Source: Amphiscolops sp. MND2022 (lineage: Eukaryota). Taken from it: 64,000 nt of DNA. The DNA lies in assembly GCA_964187785.1 (NCBI GenBank), contig OZ076409.1:63366001-63430000 (forward strand). Reading direction: 5' to 3'. Shown piece after piece: positions 49,401 to 63,076 of this stretch. The position numbers and the translations under genes were made by a program. How positions within the stretch are numbered: position 1 is the first letter of the stretch; every line of letters begins with the position of its first letter. Below the pieces are notes generated by a model, which saw only the letters and a list, made by a program, of their open reading frames with translations, had not been told where the DNA came from and made no database searches.

Positions 49401-52400
49401 CCTGTAGATTCTGACATGTTGACCACATATTCTCCAGTGCCTATTTGCGCCACAATGGACGGAGTGAATGTGAAGTTTGAAGCCTGCGTTGTAGTTGACG
49501 TGTTCCCTTCTGGAACATGCCTGGGATCCAGAGACCTCAAACGCTATAACATCAATCACCAAGAACCCACTGGTGAAGCACGAATAGACGAGCGTGCGTC
49601 GCTCGTCGTGTCATTCATAGTGCCCCATAAGGCACCAATTCCACTGCGAGGTCTGTCTATTCAGACACTCTCTGCCTTCAACCGAGTTGCTGTCCAAACC
49701 GGGGCAGTACTGAAACCGTACCAGATCGACTTAATGTCGCAAACAGCAGAACCATCAAAACGTTTGGAAAGGTGGAGAGCTTCCAGTCAGGCGCTTACTA
49801 CTTAAAAACGATTTTTTTTGTGGTAGACGACGCCATGGGAGTCGAAGACTTTCCTTTCTGCAAGGTCGCAACTTCCTCCGAATTTATCAGGTCCTCGTTG
49901 ACTTAACGTCGAGGAACATCGTGGTTCGTGCACCCGTTCAACCAGTCTGGCATCATGCTCACACTCAGGTACGAGATTCCACTTTAGCAGTCCCAATCGC
50001 GTTAGACCGCGACTTAGTGCTGCAACCTTTTGAACGCACAGCTGTCAAAGCCAAAGTGGTCACTGCCAATCTAGAACCACTAGTGTTTCAAAACGTAGTG
50101 ATGAACGCCGCCATTGCGGATGCATCACTACAGAACGTTGTAATTTTAAAGGACTGGGTTGCCACTGTCAGTGAGACAGGCCACGTCTTTATCAACGTGA
50201 TGAACCTCACGAGCAACCCACAACGTACCCGTTGTCTGTGGCAACACCCATTTGGGCACCGTGGTACCCGTATCACTGATATACAAGGCAGTACCCCAAC
50301 ATGTGGATGATCCAAAAACAAAACTTAAAGTCGATAACGACCATGTTGATTTTGTTAATAAAGTGTATGAGAATATTATTCTCAGTACCGACTTGCAAAA
50401 AACTTCCGCCTCAGAATTTGTGTTTCTGTCGTCTACAGATCCTACTGATGAAGGCCTTTCAGACCATGAAAAACGGAAACGCACAGATCCCGAGCTGATG
50501 GCTCCCATACCGGGACCAGAGTCACAGCTACAAGAGGTTAAAAAATCTGTGGGGCTCTGGAGCGGCACTTCTCTCGAGAACCTCCCAATCAAGTTGGATG
50601 ATTTGTTCATGAAACAAAAGGCTGACATTGGTCGATGCACCATATCCAAACACCCAGTAGATGTGGAACCAGGTGCCGTGCTGCACCGCGAGGGTGCAAG
50701 ACGGATGTCCCCAGAAAAAGCAGAACGTGCTAATCAGGAGGTCCGTAACCTACTTGATCTCTGAACGATTCAACCTTCGCTGTTTCCTTGGGCCAGTGGT
50801 ACTGCAAAGAGAAGAACGGTGAGCTACGGTTCTGCTGTGACTTCCGCCCACTGAACGGTAACCATCAAGGACGCATACACGTTGCCCCGAATTGATGACA
50901 GTCTGGCGAGGCTGGGCAAAGCCAAGATCTACACCAGTATAGATCTGGCCTGGGCTTTCTGGCAAATCACCGTCCGAAAGGCGGACCGCCAGAAAACAAC
51001 CTTTGCCTGCGAGCTAAGGCTTTTCAAGTGGAGACGCATGCCCTTTGGCATGTGTAACGCTTCCGCCACTTTGCAGAGAACGATAGCTCGAGCGCTCCTC
51101 AAAATTGTGAATCGAGAAGGTAGTATGGTGATGGTTTACACTGACGACATCGTGATTGCCACCGAAACCGCGGAGGACCATATGGTACGCCTCCGCGAAG
51201 TTTTTGAATGCCTGCGTGAAGCAGGGTTCAAAATGAGTGTTGCCAAATGTTATTTCATGAAGTCCGAAATCAAGTACTTGGGTCAAGTGGTATCAGCAGA
51301 GGGAGCAAAACCTGACCCCTAAGCCGTCGCGAATTACGAGATTGGGAAATTACCCGCAACAAAACCGAAATGCAAAGCTTTCTGAGCTTTGCTAACTATT
51401 GTCGCGAGTTCGACCTTTGGCATGCCAAACTAGTTGCTCCATTGCACAACACCACTGGAGTGAACGCCACCTTCACTTGAGGACCTGAGCAACAGCAGGC
51501 CTTCAACGAGATCAAGAAAGCACTTATTGAGGCGATTTCTCTCGTGCAACCAGACTCAGAAGGCGAATTCGTGCTGGACCCTGACGCCAGTGCTGTTGCG
51601 ATTTCTGGTATCTTGCACCAATGGCAAGGTCCCCCAGGAGATAGACGTCTCCAACACATCGTCTATGGTAACAAGAAGCTGACCGCCACACAGGCAAAGT
51701 ACGGGGCTCCCAAATTCGAAATGTACACTGCCTACCACTTTATCGTAAAGATCCACAGTTACCTGTGCCCACGGAAGTTCACCTTAAGAGTGGACAGACA
51801 ACCAAGCACTGTCGTGATTGAAAACCTATTCCACCGATCAAGCTCTCATTAGTCGTTGAATAATGGCACTCAAGAAGTACCATTTTTGCGTGGAACACCG
51901 TCCACGGACACAACATCGCAATGCCGATGGCTTATCCAAACGAACCAATGACTATCGTTGGCGAGAACAACAGCTGCAAAAGATACCAACTGTAGCAGAG
52001 CGCTGGAACTTCTTGTCTCAAGAAGAGTATGAGCAATTGCCTACTATGGTTTGACGTACAGGGCAAAGTCATACACAACCACCCTGATCTACCCTCACAT
52101 ATGCGTCATGTGCAACCCACCACTCCAAATTTGGTTCAGCGCGTTGTTCGTCGCAATCAACGGACCAAACGACGGGAAAAACCAAACGAGGCCTTACAGG
52201 CACCATTACCACCGCCTAGTACTGCACGCTCACGAAAATTTCTATCCCTACTATCCCGAAGACTGGATAGATGTAACCGAGGAAGCAAGCCATGACTACT
52301 TGCTGCCGACGCACGTAACTAATGTTGCGTCGTGTACTACTTACGCGCTGGCCGAGGCCAACGCAGTGGTAATACAAAACGTTCCCAATAACATCAAGCA

Positions 52401-53950
52401 GGTGCTGCTTGCTATTCGAAGTCTCCACGAGCATGCCCACTCTGTCCATGGCATCAAAGATCTAGTGTTGGCCCAAAACCGAGACGTTCAAATACTGTCC
52501 CTCAAAAGACTCGTCAACAACGGAAACATTGACCAAAACATGTTTCCGGAGGATGTGCGTGCTTTTGCCCGCAACTATTTCAAACAGAAGAAAGAACTGC
52601 TAGTTCTGAATTCCAACGGAGTTCTTTGTGCGAGATACCATCCGTCGCAGCGCCTCTTGCATGAACGGCCCTGCTTTATTGTCATGCCTCAACTGTACCA
52701 ACATGAGATCTTCTTCCGAAAGCACAATGCCAGGGGTCACCAGGGGATTAGCAAGGTTTTCGCGCGCATGTGCCTGGCCTGGTAATCGCCGCACTGTCGG
52801 GCAATAAGTTAGCCAATGCCTCACTTGCCAAAAATTGCGAGAGAAGCCTGGAGACGTTCGTTTTCACCTTAAAAACATCCAGAGTGGGTACATCAATGAG
52901 CTGGTTCAGTATGACCACATGAAGCTCTGCCCCTCTGACGCTGGCAATACTGGAAGCCCGATCATCATTGACCACTTCTCTAAATTTGCTGAAGCTGTAC
53001 CCTGCAGTCACGACGGGTTAGACGCCATTACCACCTCCCGTTTGCTGCTTCAGAAGTGGCTTACTCGCCATGGCACGCCTAGTGCATGCAATCTGACAAC
53101 GCTCCCAAATTGACCGCAGATGTCTCAACTGAGTTCATGAAAGCTTCACAGGTCACTAAGGTAACTTCGAACGCTAGTCACCCTCCACCCAGGGATTAGT
53201 GGAACGCCAAAATTGCATTTGCTAACCTTGTTGCGAGTGTTTTGTTCCCGCCGAATGCGGGACTGGGACTAGCACCTTGATGAAGTCCTTGGTGCGTACA
53301 ATTCCACTACGCTACAACAGCGTTTTCTCCCTACATGTAAACCCGTGGCACTGAAAAAGCGGTGCCATTCACGAACCTTTACCCTGAGTTTGCTACACAG
53401 TCGTTTGTAACTCATAACGCATATGTAGATCATGTATTGGCTGGCCAATAAAATATTCATGACTTGGTGCGTCGCAACACCCACCAAGCTCTAATGCGTC
53501 AAAAGCTGAAGTACGAACGCGCCATAAGGCCCAAGGCGTACATGCAAGGTGATCTAGTATGGGCTTTTTGTCGATACGTCCCGCAGAAAGGTTCTCCCAA
53601 GTTGATGCACGCCTGGCGTGGTCCGCACCGTGTCTTTCATTTTTTACAGGAAGGACGTGTCTATATCCTAGACACAGGGCAAAAAGTGCACTTTGAACGT
53701 CTGAAACAGCATCACAGTGGCCACTGAATACGCGACAACCCCCCTTGACAGTGGCGAAATCGCCGTCATCATGTATCCGGAGCCCGAGCGCTCCATTGAA
53801 CCCATAAATGATGACCTAATCCAACCATCTTACAAATCTGAACAATTACTTTCCGGAGCTTCGAATGTGTCATTGCCTTCACGCCGACGACATTGGATGA
53901 ACACACAACTCCGTAACAAACTCCGTGCAGGTGAGAGTCTCGGCGGCAAT
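46490..53950 (+). mobile_element. Decayed Ty3/Gypsy LTR retrotransposon internal region (gag-pol pseudogene)
   Basis: Many stops and frameshifts. Zinc knuckle CFNCRQTGHFARDC (~48870); RT LPRIDD..IDLAWAFWQI..RMPFGMCNA..YTDD (50880-51320); RNase H FVLDPDASAVAISGIL; integrase H..GHQG..C..C, IIDHFSKF and GLVERQN; C-terminal WRGPHRV..VHFERLK. No paired LTRs found. Confidence 0.9.
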
Positions 53951-53969
53951 ATCAGCAATTCAATTACTC

Positions 53970-54570
53970 AACATTGGTTACATTTTAGTTTAAAAATAAC
54001 GTCGAAATATTTTTTTCATACTTGTTTTTTTTGGGCAAGAAAAGAAAAAAATGCCGAAAATAATTTCTGATTCGTATCTCATTTTTCTCAAAACTGATGA
54101 AACATACAGAAGCCATTCTCTTTTGAGAAAAAACAGCATGGATGTAGGCTACTTTGTGGACCAACAAAAATTCCGTCATGAAGTATGACGCCTTCGTTTT
54201 TCTGCCAAAATACTTGATTTTTTTCAAAAAAGTTTCTTGCTTTTTCTTTACTTGAGCTCCTATATCTCACGATCAAGACCAAATACGGGGCTCATGGTTA
54301 TGTAGAGCGTAAGAGGGTTCCGTACGCTACATTAGCCTAAAAGTGACGTCGAATTTTTTTTCGCTCAAGATTTTTTGAGCAAATAAAGTAATAAAAAATG
54401 TTTCTAATATTTTCCATTTTTTCCAACTTGTAGCTGATTTTTTTTCAGAAACGAAAATAGATACGAAAACCATTCTTCTTCACAAATGAGGCAAGGATAT
54501 AGGCTACTTTTTATACTATCAAAGTTTCCGTCATGAAGTATGACGCCTTCAGGTTTCTGCCAGAAATACA
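53970..54570. repeat. Degenerate repeat with ~357-bp internal duplication
   Basis: TAGGCTACTTT...TTCCGTCATGAAGTATGACGCCTTC occurs at ~54145-54195 and ~54500-54551. Confidence 0.55.
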
Positions 54571-54899
54571 ATTTTTCATTTTTTCATTCAGCTTTTTAGC
54601 TCTTTCATAAAATGTTTCCCTGATCTGAAACTAGATATGTTCACTGGGTTGTGGGTCCTGAGATATACTCTTTTTGTAGCACCTTCTTCCGACCATTGAA
54701 TGTTTCTGCTCAAGGCCAAGCGCGACATGCCGTTGCGCCTACGTTTCTCTCATCGTTGGCTTCACAATCAAATCTTATAAAAACGGGACTTCAATGGAAT
54801 ACAGGTGATTAGTTCTGCATAACCAGCTGAGAACAAAGTGCCTTTACACAGCGAACAGGGGGCACAAACACATGCAAAAGAAATCTGCCCGTCGAGCCA

Positions 54900-55300
54900 T
54901 TTGCTGCGAATAACGTTGTTTCAACTGCGTTGAAAAGGTTGAAGTCGTCAGCTATCTGAACTTTTTACCTACTGAACAAGTTGTACGATTTGTCCCTCAA
55001 ATAAAAAGCCTTGCCTTGAGGTCACCAAAAAAAAAGAACTCCACTCAGGTAACTTCTGTCGATACATTTTCTGCAACTCTGATTCTAACATTGGGATATG
55101 GTTTTTTAGCAAAATTCCACCACCAATTCAGCTGATTGGTGTGAAACGTTCAAAACGATTTGATACCCATATATGTGTTGGTTCTTTCCAGGAAACAATA
55201 TCAGCTTCATTTTGTTGTAGATAACGAGAAATTACGATTTTAATATGACCCCTGAGGCCCATTATATTGACCTGCAACAAGGTGTAGGCTGGCTCAACCA
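54900..55300 (-). pseudogene. Possible non-LTR retrotransposon AP-endonuclease N-terminal remnant
   Basis: Minus-strand reading LLQVNIMGLRGH...RYLQQNEADIVS.KE...GGGILLKNHI resembles APE motifs I-III; heavily degraded. Confidence 0.35.
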
Positions 55301-56182
55301 TCATCCTTAGATGTAGGGTTTTTTCAATTCAGTAATTCTACACCACGTGCTTCATGATCTAACTCGAGCTGCTCCGTATAGGAAATGCAATCCAGTGTGT
55401 CCGCCTCGTGGTCACCTCCACAATTGTCGCATTAGGCTAGATGATTTGTTGTGAACGACAATTTGCATGTTTGAAGTGATTTACCATCACTTTCGGCAAA
55501 ACGTCAAATTTTGAAAGTGGGAAATAATATATGTCTGATTTGGACAATTCCAACGGAATTTCTCTCACGAGGGCGCAGTGGTATTCAGTTTTATCACTAG
55601 TTTTTTGAACAGACGAGTCACCCACCCCCAAAAAGTCCGCTTTTTATCCTTGTTAAACACAATTAATATCAACCGATCTTTAGAACCCAAGATAAATTCT
55701 ATTCCGTGTCGTATTAAATGTTTGAGCTCTTTGTTTGGATAAATGGAAGCAAAGGCTCAATTGAGTTCAATAGTATCTCTGAAGTTTTAGTTTTTCGTGA
55801 TATGCAATATGTTGTGAGGATCTTTGGTTTCCATGTTCCAATATTTCTACACTTTGGGCAACAGTCATATGAGATTGATTGATTTCTGCTTCTGGCACAA
55901 ATATTGTTACATCGTCGCCAGGTATCTAGTTCTCCCAACCAACAAAGGTGTTCAAAGATCCAACATTGAAACACATCACTAACAGAAACTCTCAGTTGTC
56001 GACACCTCCTCTTCTTTTTTCAGGTTCAGTTTTTTTCACTGTTTTGAATTTCTGAAGTTAACACCGGTGTTTCCAAGTTATTTGAAGGAGCCCGAATTCA
56101 AGCGCTGCCGACAGATATACATGCTCCAATTTGGACAAAATTGTCATTGCGTTTGCCATGTAAAATTAGTTTTTAGCAGCGT

Positions 56183-56594
56183 TGTTGTGACTCAACATTT
56201 TGATCGATGAATTTCGACGTGAAATCTTTTGAATAGTTTTTGATTGTTGTTTAATTCGTATTGCTCATAGCAAGTTCTCCTGAATGGAATTATTCAAATA
56301 TTAATCTTTGCGTTTTTGCAAGATATAGAAACGAAACTCAAGAAAAGAAAAGAGAAAGAGGAAACCAATTCCTCAGGTAAATACATTTTAAAACTGTCCC
56401 CTCTTTGTTACCCTTCCTCTTTTCTGATTATTCTTATATAATAAATATATTTTATATATTATCAGTTATTTTACTGGTCTCAACCTTTTACTAACCTTAG
56501 TCAGTGTTTCCGGGCATTTCCTGACCATTCATTTTATGGCCACTGTCCCCACGACTGCTATGACGAATTCACCCATTATGCGAGGTCAGTAACA
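56183..56594 (+). repeat. 5' LTR of BEL/Pao element 2 (412 bp)
   Basis: Aligns with 63077-63568 apart from an ~80-bp insertion in the latter. Confidence 0.93.
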
Positions 56595-56854
56595 TAATTT
56601 TTGGCGCCCAACGTGTAAAGTCGATCCCATTCGTCGTGTCTGTTACCACGTTGGTTGCAATTCGTTTCGTCTCTGGGATTCTTCTTTCTAGTTGTTCCAA
56701 TCTTCGTTACGTCTCCTGTCCATCCGTCGCTTTTGTTTTATTTGATATATTCGAACAACTGTGAGGAGTTTGAACTTTTGTTTCACCTACATTTTCATTC
56801 GTTTCGTTATGTTTCGCATTTGTTACGTTATTATCATCTTTTACGTCTTTCATT

Positions 56855-57438
56855 ATGTTTATCATCGGAGCCAGCTGTCTCGATAATATCCTAAAGTCAA
56901 CGTCCATCCCTCATTCCTTTCGTTATTCACTCTCCAAAAGATCTTTGCAATACGAGGACTCAGTTTAAACACTTCTTCGAATTATCGTTTCAAAGTTTTG
57001 CAAAATCTTCTTCGTCGTGGCCCACTCGCACGCAAACAAAACATAGTCATTTGGCACGACGTCATTAGTAACAGTCTCTCGAAGCATCAGGACAACAATT
57101 ACACATCCCTGTCACCTGAAGAGTTGATTCAACTGCTCTTTGAATTTCGAAATCGCATCCGCGCCATTGTTTACGTTCAACGGAGTGGAAGTCCAAACAT
57201 CCTGAAAGAACTTTTTTCATCTGGAATCTTCATTTTAGACGCTCAAAATAAATTGTTGTCTCAACGAAAACGAAGGACTCCTTCTGTCATCCGTGCGTTG
57301 AGTAGTGTTCACCCTTCGCTTGCCTTGGATTCCCATTTACTTCGCATTGCAGTCAAGCATCAACAAAACCTTGTTTCACTCCTGAAGAAACAGCGCAAAA
57401 ACAAGCGAGACAGGCTGTCCTCCCAGGCTCATCAATAA
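56855..57438 (+). pseudogene. Accessory ORF upstream of gag, putative SGNH/GDSL-hydrolase-like fold (one frameshift near 56944)
   Basis: Reconstructed ~190 aa: MFIIGASCL...FAIRGLSL...NIVIWHDVISNSL...SSVHPS, in the order of SGNH blocks I, II, III and V, with a basic C-terminal tail. The fold call is by eye only. Confidence 0.45.
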
Positions 57439-57585
57439 CATCTGTTGCTAACAATTTTTTGATCCTTGTGACACTCAAAGTGCGTTAACTCGCACGGGTC
57501 GATCAGGGTGAGATTAGTCGTTCGTAACATCTTTCCGAAAAAGGAACATCTTTCGTTTCCATTGAAATTTTTCAGCTGCTTCGCA

Positions 57586-60500
57586 ATGCCTCCCAAAACT
57601 TATAATTTACGCAATCGTGAGCCGTCTAACGGTGACGATGCCCATGTTGACGTCTCGGCGACACTCAAACTGTCGACTCTGAGCCTTCTGAAATCAACAC
57701 TATCCACAGCCTCATTTTGTTACAGCAGGAAGAAGTTGCAAGTTTGTTATCTTTTGGCAAGGATTTGCTGACTAACTACACAGATTTTGATGATATTAGT
57801 TCCGTTACGTCGGAATTAACAGTTGCTGAAGCTGAGCTTGTTCGATTGACGAAATCTTTAGCCCTTCATATCTCAACCACAGACTTCGCACCTCATGCCA
57901 ACAAACTGACACCTATCAAACTCGACATTCGTCGCTTCAAGGTATCTGTGGGTAGAAGCAAAAGGTCCTCTTGTAGTGGTAGTAACTCTAACGATCCTCC
58001 GGCGCCGGCCGCTGCAACTTCTGAACTTCCTTCTCCATCGTCTCCGCATCATCCCCACGGAGACGACTCTACTGCTGTACCTCCATTAACCAATGCCGTT
58101 TCATTTTCATCAACCACTTTTGAGCCCAATATGCCATTGTCAAACAATCTTCAAATTAATCCTTTTGGTATCACGCAATCGGTCGACACATCTACGCATG
58201 AAAAGGCTATTGATCCAGCGCCCATCAGCACGACCAACGCCCTTCATGACAATACAGACACTGTGCCACCGCAACGTCGACTGACCTTGCCAAAAATTCA
58301 ACCGCCTGTTCCCCAGGGCGATTCCTTGGCTTGGTTAGATTGGTTTGGTCTTTTTTCCGCTACCATCGACAGCGCTGCAATTTCGCAAGCGGAAAAGATC
58401 ATCCACTTACAAACTCTTGTCTCTGGAGAACCAAAAGATTTAATTGCCGGTTATGGTTGTAATCCCGCGATGTACCAGTATGCACTATCTAGATTGAAGT
58501 CAACATACGACAAACTTGATCGTATTGTGATGTCACTTCTTCAACGTCTCCAAACATTCAGGCAACCATCAACTGATGATCCGAATTCCATCACGAACTA
58601 TGCAAATTTCATCTCTTCTCTTGTCGATACCTTCACACAATTAAATTTTCTCCATGACATTCACTCCACCGTCAATCTTACCAGTGCACTTTCGAAACAG
58701 CCGGCCGATGTTAGGCTAAATTGGAATCGCCACGTGCTTTCGCAAAACATCAAAGACCCGTCGCTCAGAAATTTTGCTCCTTGGCATCAAAACTTTGCTA
58801 CAGTTTGTCGTGACAGCTTTATTCCTTTCTCTGACACTAATCATAACGGACGTTCCTCCTCATCAACAAATGCGCAAGCTCAAGGCCACAATTCCAAAAC
58901 GCCGTTCGTCAAACCGTCTTCTCAATCTAGTTTATGTCCGGAGAAGAAAGGTTGTGTCTACTTGGGGAGCTGCGAGCATTTCTAAACATTTTCTCCAATA
59001 GACCGCAAAATTTACGCTAAGAAGTACCACTTGTGCTTCAACTGCCTGAAGGGTCATAACTTCAATGATTGCAAGTCAACAAAAGTTTGTCAGCAACCTG
59101 GATGTATGAAAAAACACCACACCTTGCTCCATATTGACAGACAAGGTCAAAATGAAATACAATCTTCCATATTGTCCACTTCGCGGCTGCTAAACCGCGG
59201 TCTCCGTCCAATTGTGCCTGTGACTGTTTCATCGGATGGTAAAACTGCAGACGTGTTCGCCCTTCTAGACACAAGCAGCTCAGTGTCTTTGATCACCAAG
59301 AAAATTGCTGAACATTTAGTCGGTCATTTACCAGAGTCTTCCCCTATTCTTCTTGAAGGCGTCAACACTACATCAACAGTTGCTGCCATATCACTCGACT
59401 TGACAATTGCTCCTTACAATGCCGCAGCGGCAATGCCATTGCGCAATGTTTTGGTGGTGCCTACCTTGAACCTCCAAACATTTGATTAAGCGCCCATCAA
59501 TTCATTGTGCCAACAGTACCCTCACCTGCAACACGTCTCATTTCCTTACCTAAAACAATCGACTGTCGATCTTCTCATCGGTTCGGATCAATTCGACCTC
59601 ATTCATAGTCGTACTGTGATTCGAGGGCCGCCCAACACACCTTGTGCTATGTCGACAAAACTTGGTTGGACAGTTGCCGGTCGTTCGATACTTCCGACAG
59701 CTGCCACAAACGTTACAAATCTTCGATCTCGACATGAAGCTCTCTTTCAGCAAGTTCAAGAGTGGATGCACATTGATTGCTCTGGCATCACAAGTAGCAA
59801 AAAAAGTCTGTCTGCTTAAGATCAGCAAGCTCTCTCCATCTTGAAGAAAACTACCAAACTTTTTGATGGACACTATGAAATTGGCCTCCTTTGGAAAAAC
59901 CATGTCTCTCTGCCTAACAACAAATGGGTAGCTCAAAAACAGCTATCGTCACTTGAAATCAAGTTGGCACGAAAACCTCAACTAGGTTCTCTTTACGAAG
60001 CGTCCATTGCAACCGACATCGAGAAGGGATACGTGTCTGTTGTACCTGACTCCGAAGCGAATCGAGAAGACGCTTGGTATCTTCCACATCACTCTGTAAC
60101 CAATGTAAATAAACCTGGTAAAGTTCGAAGAGTAACCAATGCATCATCAGTTTATCAAGGTACTTCGCTGAATTCTAGTTTTCTGAAAGGACCTGACTTG
60201 TTGTGTAACCTTACTGGTTTGATTATGCGCTTTCGCGAAAACTGTGTTGCCTTATCCGCTGACATTGAAGCAATGTTCATGCAAGTTTCAGTACTCCCTT
60301 CAGATAGACGCTTCTTACGATGTTTATGGCGTAACGAAGTTCATGAGTACAATCGCCATAATTTTGGTGCCACAAATTCACCCTGTGCTGCTTGCTACGC
60401 TGTTCGATAATGCGCCGAGGACAACAAAACTACCTATCCTGACGCTCCAAATTTGGTCGCTCGTCACATCTACATGGACGATCTCTATGTGTCGACTGAT

Positions 60501-63007
60501 ACCCTCGAAGAAGCAAAGAAGTTGCGCACAGTCCTCCAAACAGTTTTAGCAACCGGTGGTTTCAATTTAACGAAATGGACGTCCAACTACCTTGAATTCG
60601 ATCAGTCCATTCCAGAGTCCGACAGGTCGAATTCAGCACCAATCAATCCAAACATGAAAGTTATCGACAGAGTATCAGGCGTGAAATGGAATACGATTGA
60701 CGATTGCTATCTTTTGGAACCTACCAATTTTTAAGACACTCCAAAAAAGCTAACTCAAAGAACACTACTGAAGTACGTTTCTTCATTTTTTGACCCTCTT
60801 GGTCGTCACCTATTCAAATTTGCGTTCGCACCTCTCTTCAGCAAATTTGGAAGGGTAACCAGCATTGGGATCTTCCCATCGCGCTTGCAGATTATCCTGA
60901 GCTGAAAAATTTTTTCGAAGATGTAGCGAGTCTTTCGACAGTTCACATCAAGCGACACTATTTCGAAGCTTCCAAGCAACCAGTTCGTAAAGAATTACAC
61001 GTTTTTAACGATGCTTCTGAAAAAGCAATAGCCAATGATGTATTTCTTCGTACAGTTTTCTCCGACAAATCCGTGAGTCTCAGTTCCATTCTAGGAAAAC
61101 TCGAGTAGCACCAATCAAGAGAATGACCACCCCCAATCTCGAACTATTGGCAGCAACGAACGGAGCCAAACTGGCTCAATTCATCAAAGAAGAGCAAAAC
61201 TTTTCTTTTGACACGATTGTATATTGGACAGACAGCACTACAGTTCTATCTTGGATCAACTCATCCGAGACCCGACACAAAATTTTCATAGCCAACCGTA
61301 TATCCATCATTCTCTCAACTTCGAATGTGTCGCAGTGGCGTTACGTTCCCACAGACTTGAATCCGGCAGACGATGGTACTAGAAGAAAACCGGTTTCAAA
61401 TTTTACATGCGAATCACGATGGCTCAAAGGACCCGATTTCCTTCTGAAAAATCCAGAGACTTGGCCAGAAAGGCCACACATCGCACCCGAATGTCCAAAT
61501 TCTTGTTTCCCTCTGCAGCCAATTGACGCAATCGTATCTTTTCAAAATTTTAGTCAATGGACTCGTCTCCTCAAAACCGTTGCATTCTGTTATTTTTTGT
61601 TGGACAAACAACGTCGCATCAACGATAGATTGGGTATTGCTCACCTAATGAAAGCGTTCAGATGGATCTTACTGGAGACTCAACGAACTTCGTTTCCGGA
61701 AGAAACCAACGCTCTAAGGAATCAAAAACCTCCTGCGTCTAACTCACGAATATCATCGCTCTCTCCATTTCTTGATCGTCAATGTCTTCTTCGCTCTCGT
61801 GGCAGGCTTTCCAAAGCTAAATATCTGCTTGTGGCTCGTTACCCAATCATTCTTGATTCGAAACATCCGGCAGTAAAACTATTTCTCCTCCATATACACA
61901 AAAGCAACTCCCATGCTAGTCTCGAACAGTCTCGTAGCATTGTTCAAGAGCAGTTTTGGGTTCTACGTTGTCGATCTGCACGCAAGACCATCATCCAACA
62001 TTGTATTCCTTGCAAAAGGATTACCCAGCATGTTGACTATCCGATCATGGCTGATCTACCTGATTGTCGCTTACCTTCTGCCAACCACTTTCCATTTCTT
62101 ACTACAGGACTCAATTTCGTTGGTCCGTTTCCCATCAAAGACAATGGTCAATTCGAGAGACGATATTGCTTGCAATTTACTTGCCTTGTCACAAGAGCTG
62201 TTCATATCGAAACTTGTGCTGATCTTAATACTGAGAAAACCCTCATGGCAAAACGTCGTTTCGTTTCTTTGCGTGGAAATCCACAACAAATCTACTCTGA
62301 CAATGCGACAACATTCATCAAAGCTAGTAAAGAACTGAAAGATGGCATTGAGAACCTTCGAACGGACAATTCCTTTCGCGACGCCTTGTTACTACTCCAT
62401 TTGGATTGGCGCTTTATCCCCCCATCATCGCCTCATTTTGGTGGTTCTTGGGAGAGTTTGGTAAAGGTGTTCAAGAACGCTTTTTACCGTGTAATTGGTT
62501 CTCGAACTTTGACTCATGACACCCTCTCGACGTTTGTGTGCGAGGTTGCTGCTATGATGAATGGTCGACCTCTTACTCAAGTATCCAGCGATTTCCGAGA
62601 CGTGGAACCAATCACACCAAACCTTTTCCTGCTGGGCCGTCCATCGCCAAATTTTCCACCCGGCATTTTCTTGGACAAGTCAATTACTCAAAATCTCCAG
62701 CAGTTGGAAGCAAACACAACAGATCTCTGATCAGTTTTGGAATCGTTTTCTGAAAGAATACACGCCTACTCTCCTCAAGCGTGGCAAATGGTCCACTCCA
62801 ACCCAGAATTTGCAGCCTGGCGACTTGATTTGGGTACTAGAAGATTTTACACCACGTGGGTTATGGCCGATGGCAAGAGTTGACAAAGTGTTTCCGGGGG
62901 CGGATTGAGTCGTACGATCTTGCAGACTCAAAACGACCTATGGCTACATTCACAGACCAGTCGTGAAGTTGTCAAAAATCCCTGTCGACATCGTAAACAA
63001 AACTTGA
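57586..63007 (+). pseudogene. BEL/Pao gag-pol (disrupted)
   Basis: MPPKTYNLR start; CFNCLKGH..C..C..KHHTLLH; ALLDTSS; GPDLL, ADIEAMF and YMDD; WTDSTTVL; SDNATTF; PHFGGSWESL; FTPRGLWPMARV. Colinear with element 1 but broken. Confidence 0.92.
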
Positions 63008-63076
63008 AACTTCGCCTTAATTTTACCTGAATAGTGATATCAACTTTCATCCAAACCCTTTTTCGGGGTCGGAATA

